Source: Gemmatimonadota bacterium (lineage in GTDB: Bacteria > Gemmatimonadota > Gemmatimonadetes > Longimicrobiales > Gaopeijiaceae). Taken from it: DNA of 42,888 nt. The notes beneath the pieces were generated by a model. The model did no database searches. It was not told the DNA's origin and saw only the letters and a list, made by a program, of their open reading frames with translations. The stretch's first letter is position 1, and the number at the start of each line of letters is the position of its first letter. This document shows positions 26,408 through 34,888 of the stretch, in pieces. A program made the translations under genes and the position numbers. Location: the NCBI GenBank assembly GCA_030550695.1, contig JAUQOX010000001.1, forward strand, positions 1 through 42,888. Reading direction: 5' to 3'.

Positions 26408-27868
26408 ATGAACGTCCGCACGGGACTTGCCCTCGTGGCTCTTTTCAGCCTTCTGGGTGCGGGTTGCGCGTCCGCCGGGACGGGCGGCGGCGGGGGTGGT
26501 TCCGGCGCCGCGCCCCAGAGGGCGGCCGGGGCCCGGCCAACCCCCCGGGGTGAACGGCTGGAGGTGGGGATTCGGCCCAGGGACAACCAACATACTCGTT
26601 CGGCGGAGCTCTATCTGGCTCAGGCCCTGGCGGCCAACGACGAGGCCCAGAAGCAGGCCCGCTTCCGGCAGGCTCTGGAAGCGGCCTTGGCGGGAATCGC
26701 CGCCGACCCGCAGAATCCCAAGTCGTATTACCAGGCCGGCCAGGCCTACGTAGGATTGAACGACTTTTTGGGCGCGGACTCCATGCTCACCAAGGCCGAG
26801 GAACTCCACCCGGTCTATATCCTGGAGACGGAGGCCTGGCGCGAGCAGGGGTGGGTGGCGGCCTACAACAAGGCGTTGGAGCCGTTGAACGCGGGGAATC
26901 TGGAGGAAGCCCTCAAGCTGTTCGAGGAAGCCGAAGCCCTGTACTCGGTCCGTCCGGAGGCGCAACTCCAGCTCGGCTCTTTGTACTCCCGCCTGAATCG
27001 CCCGGACGACGCCGTACGTGCCTTCCGCGAAGCCATGCGGCGCCTCGAGGAGACGAAAGCCCGGGAGATGGGGGACACGGCCACCGCCGAGATCTGGCAA
27101 CAGCATTGGAACTTCGCCCGGATCAGTTTGGGGCAGGTCCTCATCCTGGCGCAGCGATATGAGGAGGCGGCAGAGTATCTGGGATCCCTGCTGGCGGAGA
27201 ACCCCGACGACATCGAGATCCTGGGAAGCCTGGCCAGCGTGCTTTCGGAATTAGGGAAAGCCGATTCCGTCCAGGCTCTTTACGATCGCCTGTTGAACCG
27301 CCCCGGACTGTCGGAAAGGGATTACTTCAATGCCGGCGTGGGCCTCTACCAGATCGAGAACTACGCCATGGCCGCCGAGGCGTTCAAGAAGGCCGCCGAA
27401 CTGAACCCGTTCAACCGGGATGCGCGACTGAATCTGCTGCAAACCCACTACGCCGCGGAGAACTGGAGCGAGGTGATCCCTGCGGCTCAGGCCGTTCTGG
27501 AGGTGGATCCGCGCAACGGCACCGTCTGGATCATCCTCACCCGGGCCTTTTCCGAGATGGGACGGGTGGAGGAAGCCAACGAAACCTTCCGGCAGTACGA
27601 GGCCATGGGCTACGAGATCCAGAACCTCTCGTTGGAGCCGGGATTGGAGGGTGGAGCCACCGTCCGAGGCGAGCTGAAGAACAACTCCTTGGCCCCGGGT
27701 ACCCCCATCACCCTACGCTTCCGCTTCGGCGGCCAGGGGGGGCGGGAGGTCGGAACCCTGGAGGTGACCGTCGAAGCGCCCGAGGCGGAAGGAGTCCGGA
27801 GCTTCACGGGTACGTTCCGTTCCTCCCAGACCGTGACCGGCTATCGCTACGAGGTCATCGGGCGATAG
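26408..27868 (+). CDS. TPR-repeat lipoprotein
   Basis: The ATG at 26408 follows GAGGAGGA. It has a lipobox signal peptide (LFSLLGAGC) followed by a Gly-rich linker, several TPR-like helical repeats (YYQAGQAYVGLNDFLGADSML..., LGSLYSRLNRPDDAVRAF...) and a C-terminal beta-rich ~100 aa. Confidence 0.8.
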   Translation: MNVRTGLALVALFSLLGAGCASAGTGGGGGGSGAAPQRAAGARPTPRGERLEVGIRPRDNQHTRSAELYLAQALAANDEAQKQARFRQALEAALAGIAADPQNPKSYYQAGQAYVGLNDFLGADSMLTKAEELHPVYILETEAWREQGWVAAYNKALEPLNAGNLEEALKLFEEAEALYSVRPEAQLQLGSLYSRLNRPDDAVRAFREAMRRLEETKAREMGDTATAEIWQQHWNFARISLGQVLILAQRYEEAAEYLGSLLAENPDDIEILGSLASVLSELGKADSVQALYDRLLNRPGLSERDYFNAGVGLYQIENYAMAAEAFKKAAELNPFNRDARLNLLQTHYAAENWSEVIPAAQAVLEVDPRNGTVWIILTRAFSEMGRVEEANETFRQYEAMGYEIQNLSLEPGLEGGATVRGELKNNSLAPGTPITLRFRFGGQGGREVGTLEVTVEAPEAEGVRSFTGTFRSSQTVTGYRYEVIGR

Positions 27869-27915
27869 ATCCATGCCGGGGGGGCCGATGCCCCCCGTTC
27901 CGGGGCCGGGTCGCC

Positions 27916-27944
27916 TTGAGGGGCCGCCCGGCCCTGTGTACATT
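27916..27944 (+). promoter_or_regulatory. Candidate sigma70-type promoter for tRNA-Gly
   Basis: TTGAGG (27916-27921), a 17-nt spacer, then TACATT (27939-27944), ending 10 nt before the tRNA 5' end. This is a motif match only. Confidence 0.35.
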
Positions 27945-27954
27945 TGGACCGATT

Positions 27955-28027
27955 GCGGGCGTAGCTCAGTTGGTAGAGCATCAGCTTCCCAAGCTGAGGG
28001 TCGCCGGTTCGAGCCCGGTCGCCCGCT
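27955..28027 (+). tRNA. tRNA-Gly (anticodon CCC)
   Basis: Manual cloverleaf: acceptor GCGGGCG/CGCCCGC, D arm GCTC-AGTTGGTA-GAGC, anticodon arm TCAGC-TTCCCAA-GCTGA (anticodon CCC), variable loop GGGTC, T arm GCCGG-TTCGAGC-CCGGT, discriminator T. No CCA is encoded. Confidence 0.93.
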
Positions 28028-28158
28028 CTGTGGTGTCAGGGGAGCCCCATCGCCCTCGGGCGGTTGGGGCTTCGGTGTGTTTGGGCTGCACTTCTTGGCC
28101 CGCGGGTCGGGCGGCCGCCGGTCGGCCCCGCTGACCTCCCGTACCCAGGAATTTTCCG

Positions 28159-29430
28159 ATGGTCAGGATCGCCGAGATCGAGGCCGGCAGCATCGCCGAC
28201 CAGCTCCATCTGGAGATCGGAAGTCGGATCGTCCGGATCAACGGCGAGCCGGTCCGGGACGGGCTGGATTTCTCGTTCCTCTCCGCCGATCTGGAGATCG
28301 AGCTGGAGGCCGTAACCCCCGGCGGGGAGCGGAAAGTGTGGCAGATCCTGAGACCGGAAGGGGAATCCCTCGGGATCATCCCCGCCCCGGATCCGGTCCG
28401 GGAGTGTGCGAACCGGTGCGTATTCTGCTTCATCGACGGCAATCCTGAGGGGGCGCGCTCGAGCCTGTTCCTCCGGGACGACGACTTCCGGCTTTCCTTC
28501 ACATACGGAAGCTATGTCACCCTGACCAACCTGGGCCCCAAAGGCCTGGCCCGGCTGGTGGAGCAGAGGATTTCGCCGTTGTACGTGTCCGTGCATGCCA
28601 CCCAAGCCGAGGTGCGCCAGAGACTGTTGGCCAACCCCCGGGCCGGTCTCATCCTGGAGCAGCTCCGCTTTCTCACCACCCATGGCCTGGAGATCCATGC
28701 CCAGGCGGTGATCTGTCCTGGTTGGAACGACGGGGCGCACCTGGACCGCACCATGGAGGATCTCTTTGCCCTGGGGGAGAACGTCCGATCCCTTTCCGTG
28801 GTTCCCGTTGGGCTCACCCGCTACAACGTGAACCGACCGGTGCGGCCCCTTACCCCCGAGGAATGCAGGCAAACGCTGCAACAGGTGGAACGCATGCGGC
28901 TCCGGGCCATGCGAGAGAGGGGGTTCGGGTGGGTCTATGCCGCCGATGAGCTGTTTCTCCAGGCGGGCGAGGCGCTTCCGCAGAAGTCCTACTACGAGCC
29001 TTGGGACCTTACGGAGAACGGGGTCGGAGCGGTGGTGCGGTTCCTCGAGGCCTTCGAGAAAGGGCTCCCTGCTGTGCCCCGCCTGGGAGGCCGACGGTTG
29101 CGCCTCGTCACCGGACATTCCATGGAGCCGTTCCTCTCTGCCCTGGCCCCCCGCCTGGCGGCGGCCACCGGTGCCCGTGTGGAAGTGACCGCCGTGGCGA
29201 ACGACTATTTCGGAGAGCTGGTGACGGTAGCCGGGCTCTTGGCCGGCCGAGACATCCTGCGGGCCGTCCGGGAGCCGAAGGAGGGAGACCTCTTCCTGTT
29301 GCCGAAAGAAGCCTTGAACGCCGACGGGCTTTTCATCGACTCCGTTCCTCTGGAAGAGGTAAGACAGAAGCTGGCTCCCGGCCAGGTGGCCGTGGGCTAT
29401 GAGATCACTGAGGCTTTGCGGCGCCCGTGA
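28159..29430 (+). CDS. PDZ domain / radical-SAM-like DUF512 protein
   Basis: It has an N-terminal PDZ-like segment (IAEIEAGSIADQLHLEIGSRIVRINGEPV), a CX3CX2C motif (CANRCVFC) and a C-terminal DUF512-type region. The ATG is preceded by AGGAA. It sits directly upstream of der with a GTGA overlap. Confidence 0.75.
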   Translation: MVRIAEIEAGSIADQLHLEIGSRIVRINGEPVRDGLDFSFLSADLEIELEAVTPGGERKVWQILRPEGESLGIIPAPDPVRECANRCVFCFIDGNPEGARSSLFLRDDDFRLSFTYGSYVTLTNLGPKGLARLVEQRISPLYVSVHATQAEVRQRLLANPRAGLILEQLRFLTTHGLEIHAQAVICPGWNDGAHLDRTMEDLFALGENVRSLSVVPVGLTRYNVNRPVRPLTPEECRQTLQQVERMRLRAMRERGFGWVYAADELFLQAGEALPQKSYYEPWDLTENGVGAVVRFLEAFEKGLPAVPRLGGRRLRLVTGHSMEPFLSALAPRLAAATGARVEVTAVANDYFGELVTVAGLLAGRDILRAVREPKEGDLFLLPKEALNADGLFIDSVPLEEVRQKLAPGQVAVGYEITEALRRP

Positions 29431-30752
29431 GCCGGAAACTCCCCGTCGTGGCTGTGGTCGGACGCCCCAACGTGGGGAAATCCACACTGTTCAACCGTTT
29501 CATCGGAAAGCGGGCGGCCATCGTGGACGACACCCCCGGGGTGACACGGGACCGCAACTTCCACAAGGCCTCCTGGGCCGGCCGGACCTTCTACGTGGTG
29601 GATACCGGAGGGGTGATCGAGGGGACCCAGGAACCCCTCGAGCGGGAGGTCCGACGTCAGGCCCTGGCTGCCGTGGAGGAGGCAGACCTGATCCTTTTGG
29701 TCGTGGACGGCCGGGCCGGGCCGCACCCTATGGACGAAAGGTTGGCCGAACTCCTGAGGAACAGCTCACGGCCCATCCTTCTGGTGGTCAACAAGATGGA
29801 CAACCTACCCCATGACCAGGGGCACCTGGAGTTCTGGTCTCTGGGGTTGGGGGCACCCTGGCCGGTGAGCGCCGTTTCAGGGAAAGGTTCGGGGGACCTG
29901 CTGGACGCCGTGGTCCGCCGCCTCCCGCCGGTTTCGGGGGAGGACGAGGAGGATCCGGCGGTGAGGGTGGCGGTGGTGGGGAGGCCCAACGTGGGCAAAT
30001 CCTCCTTCGTGAATCGCCTGTTGGGAGAAGACCGGATGGTGGTGAGTCCGGAGGCAGGGACCACCCGGGATCCGGTGGACAGCCCCCTGGTCTATCATGG
30101 GCGGTCCCTGGTCTTCGTGGACACGGCCGGCCTGCGGCGACAGTCCCGCATCGCCGGCCCCCTGGAGTACTACAGCGCCCTCCGCACGGAACGGGTGTTG
30201 GAGGAGGCGGACGTCTGCCTTCTCCTGGTGGACGCGGCGGCGGGGGTAGGGCATCAAGACCTTCGACTGGCCGAGAAGATCCTGGAAACGGGAGCTGGTC
30301 TGATCCTGGTGGTCAACAAGTGGGATCTGGTGGAAAAGGACGCCCACACGGCCCCTCAATGGGAAAAGGCCTTGCGGAGGAAGGTGCCGGTTCTGGAGTG
30401 GGTTCCCATCCTTTTCTCGTCCGCCCTGACGGGGCTTCGGATCCGAAAGACGCTGGACCTCATCCTCCAGGTTCAGGACCAGCGCACCCGGCGGATCGAG
30501 ACCCATGAAGTGAACGAGGTCCTTCGAGAGTTGGTGGACCGGCAGCCTCCCCCCCACTCCCAGGGAAGAGCCGTTAAACTGCGCTATGCCACTCAGGTGG
30601 CGGTGGCTCCGCCCACCTTCCTCATCTTCTCCAACCTCCCCCAGGCGGTGCCCACCCACTACATTCGCTATCTCCATAACGGCTTCCGGCAACGTTGGGG
30701 ATTCGTAGGCTCACCCCTGCGAATCCGCTTCCGAGGAGATCGGGAACCTTGA
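29427..30752 (+). CDS. der: Ribosome-associated GTPase Der (EngA)
   Basis: Two tandem G domains are present (VAVVGRPNVGKSTLFNR and VAVVGRPNVGKSSFVNR, each with DTGG/DTAG and NKxD) plus a KH-like C-terminus. The GTG start overlaps the preceding stop. Confidence 0.93.
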   Translation: MSRKLPVVAVVGRPNVGKSTLFNRFIGKRAAIVDDTPGVTRDRNFHKASWAGRTFYVVDTGGVIEGTQEPLEREVRRQALAAVEEADLILLVVDGRAGPHPMDERLAELLRNSSRPILLVVNKMDNLPHDQGHLEFWSLGLGAPWPVSAVSGKGSGDLLDAVVRRLPPVSGEDEEDPAVRVAVVGRPNVGKSSFVNRLLGEDRMVVSPEAGTTRDPVDSPLVYHGRSLVFVDTAGLRRQSRIAGPLEYYSALRTERVLEEADVCLLLVDAAAGVGHQDLRLAEKILETGAGLILVVNKWDLVEKDAHTAPQWEKALRRKVPVLEWVPILFSSALTGLRIRKTLDLILQVQDQRTRRIETHEVNEVLRELVDRQPPPHSQGRAVKLRYATQVAVAPPTFLIFSNLPQAVPTHYIRYLHNGFRQRWGFVGSPLRIRFRGDREP

Positions 30753-30780
30753 AGCATCCTACAACAGGGGCGACCCCCAC

Positions 30781-31392
30781 ATGAGCCCCCTCGTCCTGGT
30801 GGTCCTTGCCTACCTCGTGGGGGCCACCCCCACCAGCTACTGGGTGGGCCGGCTCGTCTTCGGCATCGACCTCCGCACGCGGGGAAGCGGGAACCTGGGT
30901 GCCACCAACACCTTCCGGGTGTTGGGCTGGAAGGCGGCGATCCCGGTGGCTGTGGTGGATATCGCGAAGGGATGGCTTCCCGTCTGGCTCTTCCCTCGCC
31001 TCCACGGGGAAGCACCCTGGGAGTGGGCCTTGGCTTACGCCGCCGCGGCCGTCGTGGGCCACAGCTTCTCCTTTTGGGTCCGATTCCAAGGGGGGAAGGG
31101 GGTGGCCACGAGCGCCGGTGCCCTGTTGGCGTTGGCTCCATGGGGAGTTCTGGTTGCCTTCGTCACCTGGCTGGTGGTGGTGGTGAGCACCCGCATCGTG
31201 TCTCTCGCCTCGTTGGCTGCCGCCATCGTCCTCCCCCTGGCCCTCTTCTTCCTCCCCCACCGGGGAGGGAACGCCCTGGAAGCTTTTTCTTTGGCCCTCG
31301 CCGTCTTCGTTTTCTGGGCCCACCGGGCGAACCTCCAGCGTCTGTTGCGGGGAGAGGAGCACCGGTTCGGGGCGAAACGGGAGGGGGGATGA
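30781..31392 (+). CDS. plsY: Glycerol-3-phosphate acyltransferase PlsY
   Basis: The 203-aa polytopic membrane protein carries the GSGNLGATN and GGKGVAT motifs. Confidence 0.92.
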   Translation: MSPLVLVVLAYLVGATPTSYWVGRLVFGIDLRTRGSGNLGATNTFRVLGWKAAIPVAVVDIAKGWLPVWLFPRLHGEAPWEWALAYAAAAVVGHSFSFWVRFQGGKGVATSAGALLALAPWGVLVAFVTWLVVVVSTRIVSLASLAAAIVLPLALFFLPHRGGNALEAFSLALAVFVFWAHRANLQRLLRGEEHRFGAKREGG

Positions 31393-32411
31393 GGAACCCC
31401 GAGCGGGTTTCCGTCGGGGTGGTGGGGGGGGGGAGCTGGGGTACGGCCCTGGCAGCTCTCCTGGCCCGCAAGGGCCATCGGGTCACCCTTTGGGTCCGGG
31501 AAGAGGACGTCTTGAGGGGGATCCGCCAGGAGCGGGAGAACCGGAGCTATCTTCCCGGGGTCCCCCTTCCCGACGAGCTGGAGGCGACGGGCGAACTGGA
31601 AGCGGCTCTGTTGGGGCACGAGATCGTGCTCTGGGCCGTGCCGGCCCAATTCGTCCGGGAGTTGCTCGCCCGGACCTACGCCCTCCTCGGGCCCGATGTC
31701 CAGGTGGTGAGCGCGGCAAAGGGGATCGAGGCCGACACCGGCCTGCGGATGGACGAAGTGTTTGCGGAGTACTTGACCCCTCGACAACGGGAACGATTCA
31801 CCGTCCTCTCCGGCCCGAGCTTCGCCGTGGAGGTAGCGCAAGAGATCCCCACCGCAGTGGTTGTGGCCTCCCGTTCGTCGGAGATGGCCCTGCGGGCTCA
31901 AAGGGTCTTCCAGACCCAAAACTTTCGGGTCTATACCAATACGGACGTGGTGGGGGTCGAGCTGGCAGGGGCCCTGAAGAATGTCATCGCCATCGCTGCG
32001 GGGGCGGTGACCGGCTTGGGGTTAGGGCACAACACCTTGGCCGCCCTGATCACCCGGGGCCTGGCGGAGATCTCCCGCTTGGGTATGGCTTTGGGGGCGT
32101 CTCCGGCCACCTTCGCCGGCCTTGCCGGGCTGGGAGACCTGGTCCTGACCTGCACGGGGCCTCTGAGCAGGAACCGTACGGTGGGGTACCGCCTGGGGCA
32201 GGGAGAACCCCTCGACCGCATTCTGGCGGAACTGAGGGGGGTAGCGGAGGGCGTGCACACGGTTCGGGCCGTGGTGGAGCTGGCCCGGCGGGCCGGGGTA
32301 CAGATGCCCATCAGCGAGGAGGTGTTCGCCATTGTTTGGGAGGGGAGGAGACCTCAGGACGCGATTCGGAGCCTCATGACCCGGGAGCCCAAGGCCGAAA
32401 CGGGAGCCTGA
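31389..32411 (+). CDS. gpsA: NAD(P)H-dependent glycerol-3-phosphate dehydrogenase GpsA
   Basis: It has the Rossmann motif VGGGSWGTALA and the motifs KGIE and GALKNVIAIAAG. The ATG at 31389 overlaps the plsY stop (ATGA). The track ORF from 30972 is an out-of-frame extension across plsY. Confidence 0.92.
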   Translation: MRNPERVSVGVVGGGSWGTALAALLARKGHRVTLWVREEDVLRGIRQERENRSYLPGVPLPDELEATGELEAALLGHEIVLWAVPAQFVRELLARTYALLGPDVQVVSAAKGIEADTGLRMDEVFAEYLTPRQRERFTVLSGPSFAVEVAQEIPTAVVVASRSSEMALRAQRVFQTQNFRVYTNTDVVGVELAGALKNVIAIAAGAVTGLGLGHNTLAALITRGLAEISRLGMALGASPATFAGLAGLGDLVLTCTGPLSRNRTVGYRLGQGEPLDRILAELRGVAEGVHTVRAVVELARRAGVQMPISEEVFAIVWEGRRPQDAIRSLMTREPKAETGA

Positions 32412-32441
32412 GCCTGGGCCCGCCCGGAGGAGGGAAGTGCC

Positions 32442-32819
32442 GTGGACGAGCCGGTGGTGAAGAAAGCGTACTACTCCATCGGGGAGGTTTGTGACCTCAC
32501 CGGGCTCAAGCCCCACGTGTTGCGCTACTGGGAAACCCAATTCGAGGTCTTGACCCCCATCAAGAACCGGGCAGGCAACCGGGTCTACCGCCCCCAGGAT
32601 ATCGAACTCATCCTCCTGGTGAAGCACCTCCTCTACGAGAAGAAATACACCATCCGCGGGGCCAATCAGAAACTGCTGGAAATGCGGCGGCAAGGCGAGT
32701 TGGAGGCAGAACGTCAGGAAGTTCTGGGCCCCGAGTTCCTTTCGGCCATGCGGGGCGAGCTGGAAAGGCTCCTGGTTCTCCTGGACCTGCAGAGGGGAAC
32801 GGGCGGAGGACCTGGATGA
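32442..32819 (+). CDS. MerR family transcriptional regulator
   Basis: It has an N-terminal winged HTH (YYSIGEVCDLTGLKPHVLRYWETQF...NRAGNRVYRPQDIELI) and a short C-terminal coiled coil. The GTG start follows GGAGGAGGG. Confidence 0.85.
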   Translation: MDEPVVKKAYYSIGEVCDLTGLKPHVLRYWETQFEVLTPIKNRAGNRVYRPQDIELILLVKHLLYEKKYTIRGANQKLLEMRRQGELEAERQEVLGPEFLSAMRGELERLLVLLDLQRGTGGGPG

Positions 32820-33502
32820 GGGAAGCGCCCCAGGATGAGCGGCGCTTCGTAGGGCCCCGCCGGCGTCTCATCGAACTTATCCGCGATCGGGGGATTCAGG
32901 ATCTGGAGATCCTGCAAGCCTTCGATCGGGTTCCCCGCCATCGCTTTGTCCCCGAGGGGATGTGGCATCGGGCCTATGAGGACGCTCCCCTCCCCATCGG
33001 GTGGGGGCAGACCACTTCTCAACCCTCTCTGCAGGCCCTTTACCTGTCGGTGCTCCGGCCTAGGGCTCACGAGCAGATCCTGGAGGTGGGCACCGGCTCA
33101 GGTTACCTCACTGCCCTTTTGGCTTGCCTGGCCGGAAGAGTCTACTCGGTGGAACGGATCCGGGAGCTTTCCAAACGGGCCCGAAAGGCCCTGGATGCCC
33201 TTGGGGTCATGAACGTGGCACTCTTGGTGGGGGATGGGTCCATCGGTTGGAGGAAATATGCGCCGTTCCACGGGATCGTGGTCACCGCAGCATCCCCCGC
33301 GATCCCGCCGGCACTCCTGGAGCAGCTGGCCGATGGGGGCCGAATGCTTCTACCCCTGGGGACCTTGGAGGCTCAGGAGCTGGTCCTGGTGCAGAAGGAG
33401 GGAGGCGAGGTGACGACCCAGACCGTACAGTCCGGGTGCACGTTCGTTCCCCTGTTGGGGCGGTTTGCCTGGCCGGACGAGGTGAGAGGGGGAGAGCGAT
33501 GA
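32816..33502 (+). CDS. pcm: Protein-L-isoaspartate O-methyltransferase
   Basis: It has the SAM-binding motif ILEVGTGSGYLTALLA and the substrate motif GQTTSQPSL. The ATGA overlaps the MerR gene stop. Confidence 0.9.
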   Translation: MREAPQDERRFVGPRRRLIELIRDRGIQDLEILQAFDRVPRHRFVPEGMWHRAYEDAPLPIGWGQTTSQPSLQALYLSVLRPRAHEQILEVGTGSGYLTALLACLAGRVYSVERIRELSKRARKALDALGVMNVALLVGDGSIGWRKYAPFHGIVVTAASPAIPPALLEQLADGGRMLLPLGTLEAQELVLVQKEGGEVTTQTVQSGCTFVPLLGRFAWPDEVRGGER

Positions 33503-34170
33503 CGGGCCCAGATGCCGGGCGGGAGGCCGTCGACCCGCGAGGGGCGGTGGAGAAGGGAGGGGGGAGGGGATGGATCCGCCGGCTATACGAATGGGTTCTC
33601 CACTGGGCCGACACCCCCTATGGACCGGGAGCCCTGGCCCTCTTGGCCTTGGCGGAGTCCTCCTTCTTCCCCATCCCCCCTGACCCCCTCTTGATGGCTC
33701 TCTGTCTGGGAGCGGTGAGACGCTCCCTCCGTTTTGCCTTGGTGGCGACACTGGCCTCGGTGCTGGGAGGGGCTTTGGGCTACGCCATCGGGGCCGGAGC
33801 CTGGCATCTGCTGGGAAACTGGTTCTTCAACTACGTCCCCGGCGTCACGCCCGAGGCCTTCGAGAAGGTGCGGGAGCTCTACGATCGCTACGACTTCGGG
33901 GCGATCTTCCTGGCGGGTTTCACGCCCATCCCTTACAAGGTCTTCACCCTGTCGGCGGGTGTCTTCCGGATCGAGTTCCCTGTCTTCCTCCTCGCCAGCG
34001 TTCTGAGCCGGGGCCTCCGGTTCTTTCTGGTGGCGGGCTTGATCTACCGATTCGGCGCACCTATCACCCGTTTCATCGACCGCTATTTCAACCTGCTCAC
34101 CTGGGTCTTTGCCGGTTTGCTCCTGGGAGGTTTCCTGGTGTTGAAGCTTGTCGTGGGGAAGGAGCCGTGA
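33499..34170 (+). CDS. YqaA/DedA-like (SNARE-associated domain) membrane protein
   Basis: Motifs ESSFFPIPPDPLL and GFTPIPYKVFTLSAG are present, with multiple TM segments. The ATG at 33499 overlaps the pcm stop. The track ORF from 33124 is an extension across pcm. Confidence 0.8.
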   Translation: MTGPDAGREAVDPRGAVEKGGGRGWIRRLYEWVLHWADTPYGPGALALLALAESSFFPIPPDPLLMALCLGAVRRSLRFALVATLASVLGGALGYAIGAGAWHLLGNWFFNYVPGVTPEAFEKVRELYDRYDFGAIFLAGFTPIPYKVFTLSAGVFRIEFPVFLLASVLSRGLRFFLVAGLIYRFGAPITRFIDRYFNLLTWVFAGLLLGGFLVLKLVVGKEP

Positions 34171-34293
34171 AGTTGCGGCCCTCGAGGAGAAGCACCGAAA
34201 AACGAAAGACTTTCCGGGGTTTTGGGACCAGACCTATATTTCGAGCGGGTGAGGGTCGTACCGTGGGCGAGGGACTCAAGGAGAGGGCGGACC

Positions 34294-34743
34294 GTGAAAC
34301 CACCGGATGAGGGCGAGACTTCCGGCCTCGTTGTTCCTCCTTCTCATGGCCCCGAAGGGGAAGATGAGACCTCGCAGGCAGGAGCGGGGGAGATCCCGGA
34401 AGATGCCATCTTCAACCCGGACGACCCCATTGTCCGAGCGGAGGGCGAGATTCCCGAGGATGCGATCTTTTCGCCCGACGAACCCATCGCCCGCCGAGAG
34501 CCCGGCCTGTCCAAAGGGGTGGCAGCGGGGATTCGGGGGGGCGGAGGCCGCCGGAAGCCGTGGGAGGGAGATCTCGCTTGGCAGATCCGACGGACGTCCC
34601 ACCTCCTGGAAAGCTTGGCCCACGCTCTACGGGAGCAAGGGATGGAGGCCCTCCGGGTGCACCCCGAGACGGACGCCATGGATGCCATGCTTCGGGCTTT
34701 CGTGGCAGGCTACCTGGTCGGTCGCCTGGACATCCGAGAATAG
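34294..34743 (+). CDS. Hypothetical acidic protein with a tandem 19-aa repeat and a helical C-terminal domain
   Basis: The GTG at 34294 lies 8 nt after AAGGAGAG. The track start TTG 34222 is an alternative. Third-position GC is high, and competing frames are Arg/Trp/Ser-rich junk. It contains GEIPEDAIFNPDDPIVRAE and GEIPEDAIFSPDEPIARRE in tandem. No signal peptide and no recognised family. Confidence 0.6.
   Translation: MKPPDEGETSGLVVPPSHGPEGEDETSQAGAGEIPEDAIFNPDDPIVRAEGEIPEDAIFSPDEPIARREPGLSKGVAAGIRGGGGRRKPWEGDLAWQIRRTSHLLESLAHALREQGMEALRVHPETDAMDAMLRAFVAGYLVGRLDIRE
34387..34500 (+). repeat. In-frame tandem duplication of 2 x 57 nt (19 aa) inside the hypothetical CDS
   Basis: Unit 1 is 34387-34443 and unit 2 is 34444-34500. 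15 of 19 residues are identical, while 9 of those 15 conserved codons differ at synonymous third positions. Confidence 0.85.
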
Positions 34744-34763
34744 AAGGGGATTCCCTGTTCTTC

Positions 34764-34791
34764 CGAGCCCGTCGGCCTCGCGCTATTTTTT
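34764..34791 (+). terminator. Weak hairpin plus T-tract after the hypothetical CDS (may instead overlap a tRNA-Arg promoter -10 element)
   Basis: CGAGCC / GGCCTCG forms a 6-bp stem with one bulged C and a 4-nt loop, followed 3 nt later by TATTTTTT. TATTTT at 34784-34789 ends 9 nt before the tRNA 5' end, so it could equally be a -10 element. Confidence 0.25.
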
Positions 34792-34798
34792 CCTTCCG

Positions 34799-34872
34799 GT
34801 CCCCGTAGCTCAGGCGGATAGAGCACCGGTTTCCTAAACCGGGTGTCGCAGGTTCGAGTCCTGCCGGGGACG
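34799..34872 (+). tRNA. tRNA-Arg (anticodon CCT)
   Basis: Manual cloverleaf: acceptor GTCCCCG/CGGGGAC, D arm GCTC-AGGCGGATA-GAGC, anticodon arm CCGGT-TTCCTAA-ACCGG (anticodon CCT), variable loop GTGTC, T arm GCAGG-TTCGAGT-CCTGC, discriminator G. Confidence 0.92.
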
Positions 34873-34888
34873 CTTAGGAGACGGGAGC

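Noticed and set aside
31424-31433. Homopolymer tracts as possible phase-variation switches: G10 in gpsA (31424-31433), C9 in lpxD (13134-13142) and G8 in uvrC (25085-25092).
   Set aside because: They lie in essential or housekeeping genes and encode expected residues: the GGG of the Rossmann loop, a PPP linker and GGG. Contingency loci are normally surface or restriction genes. The tracts are more likely a by-product of GC-rich codon usage and a place to watch for sequencing errors.
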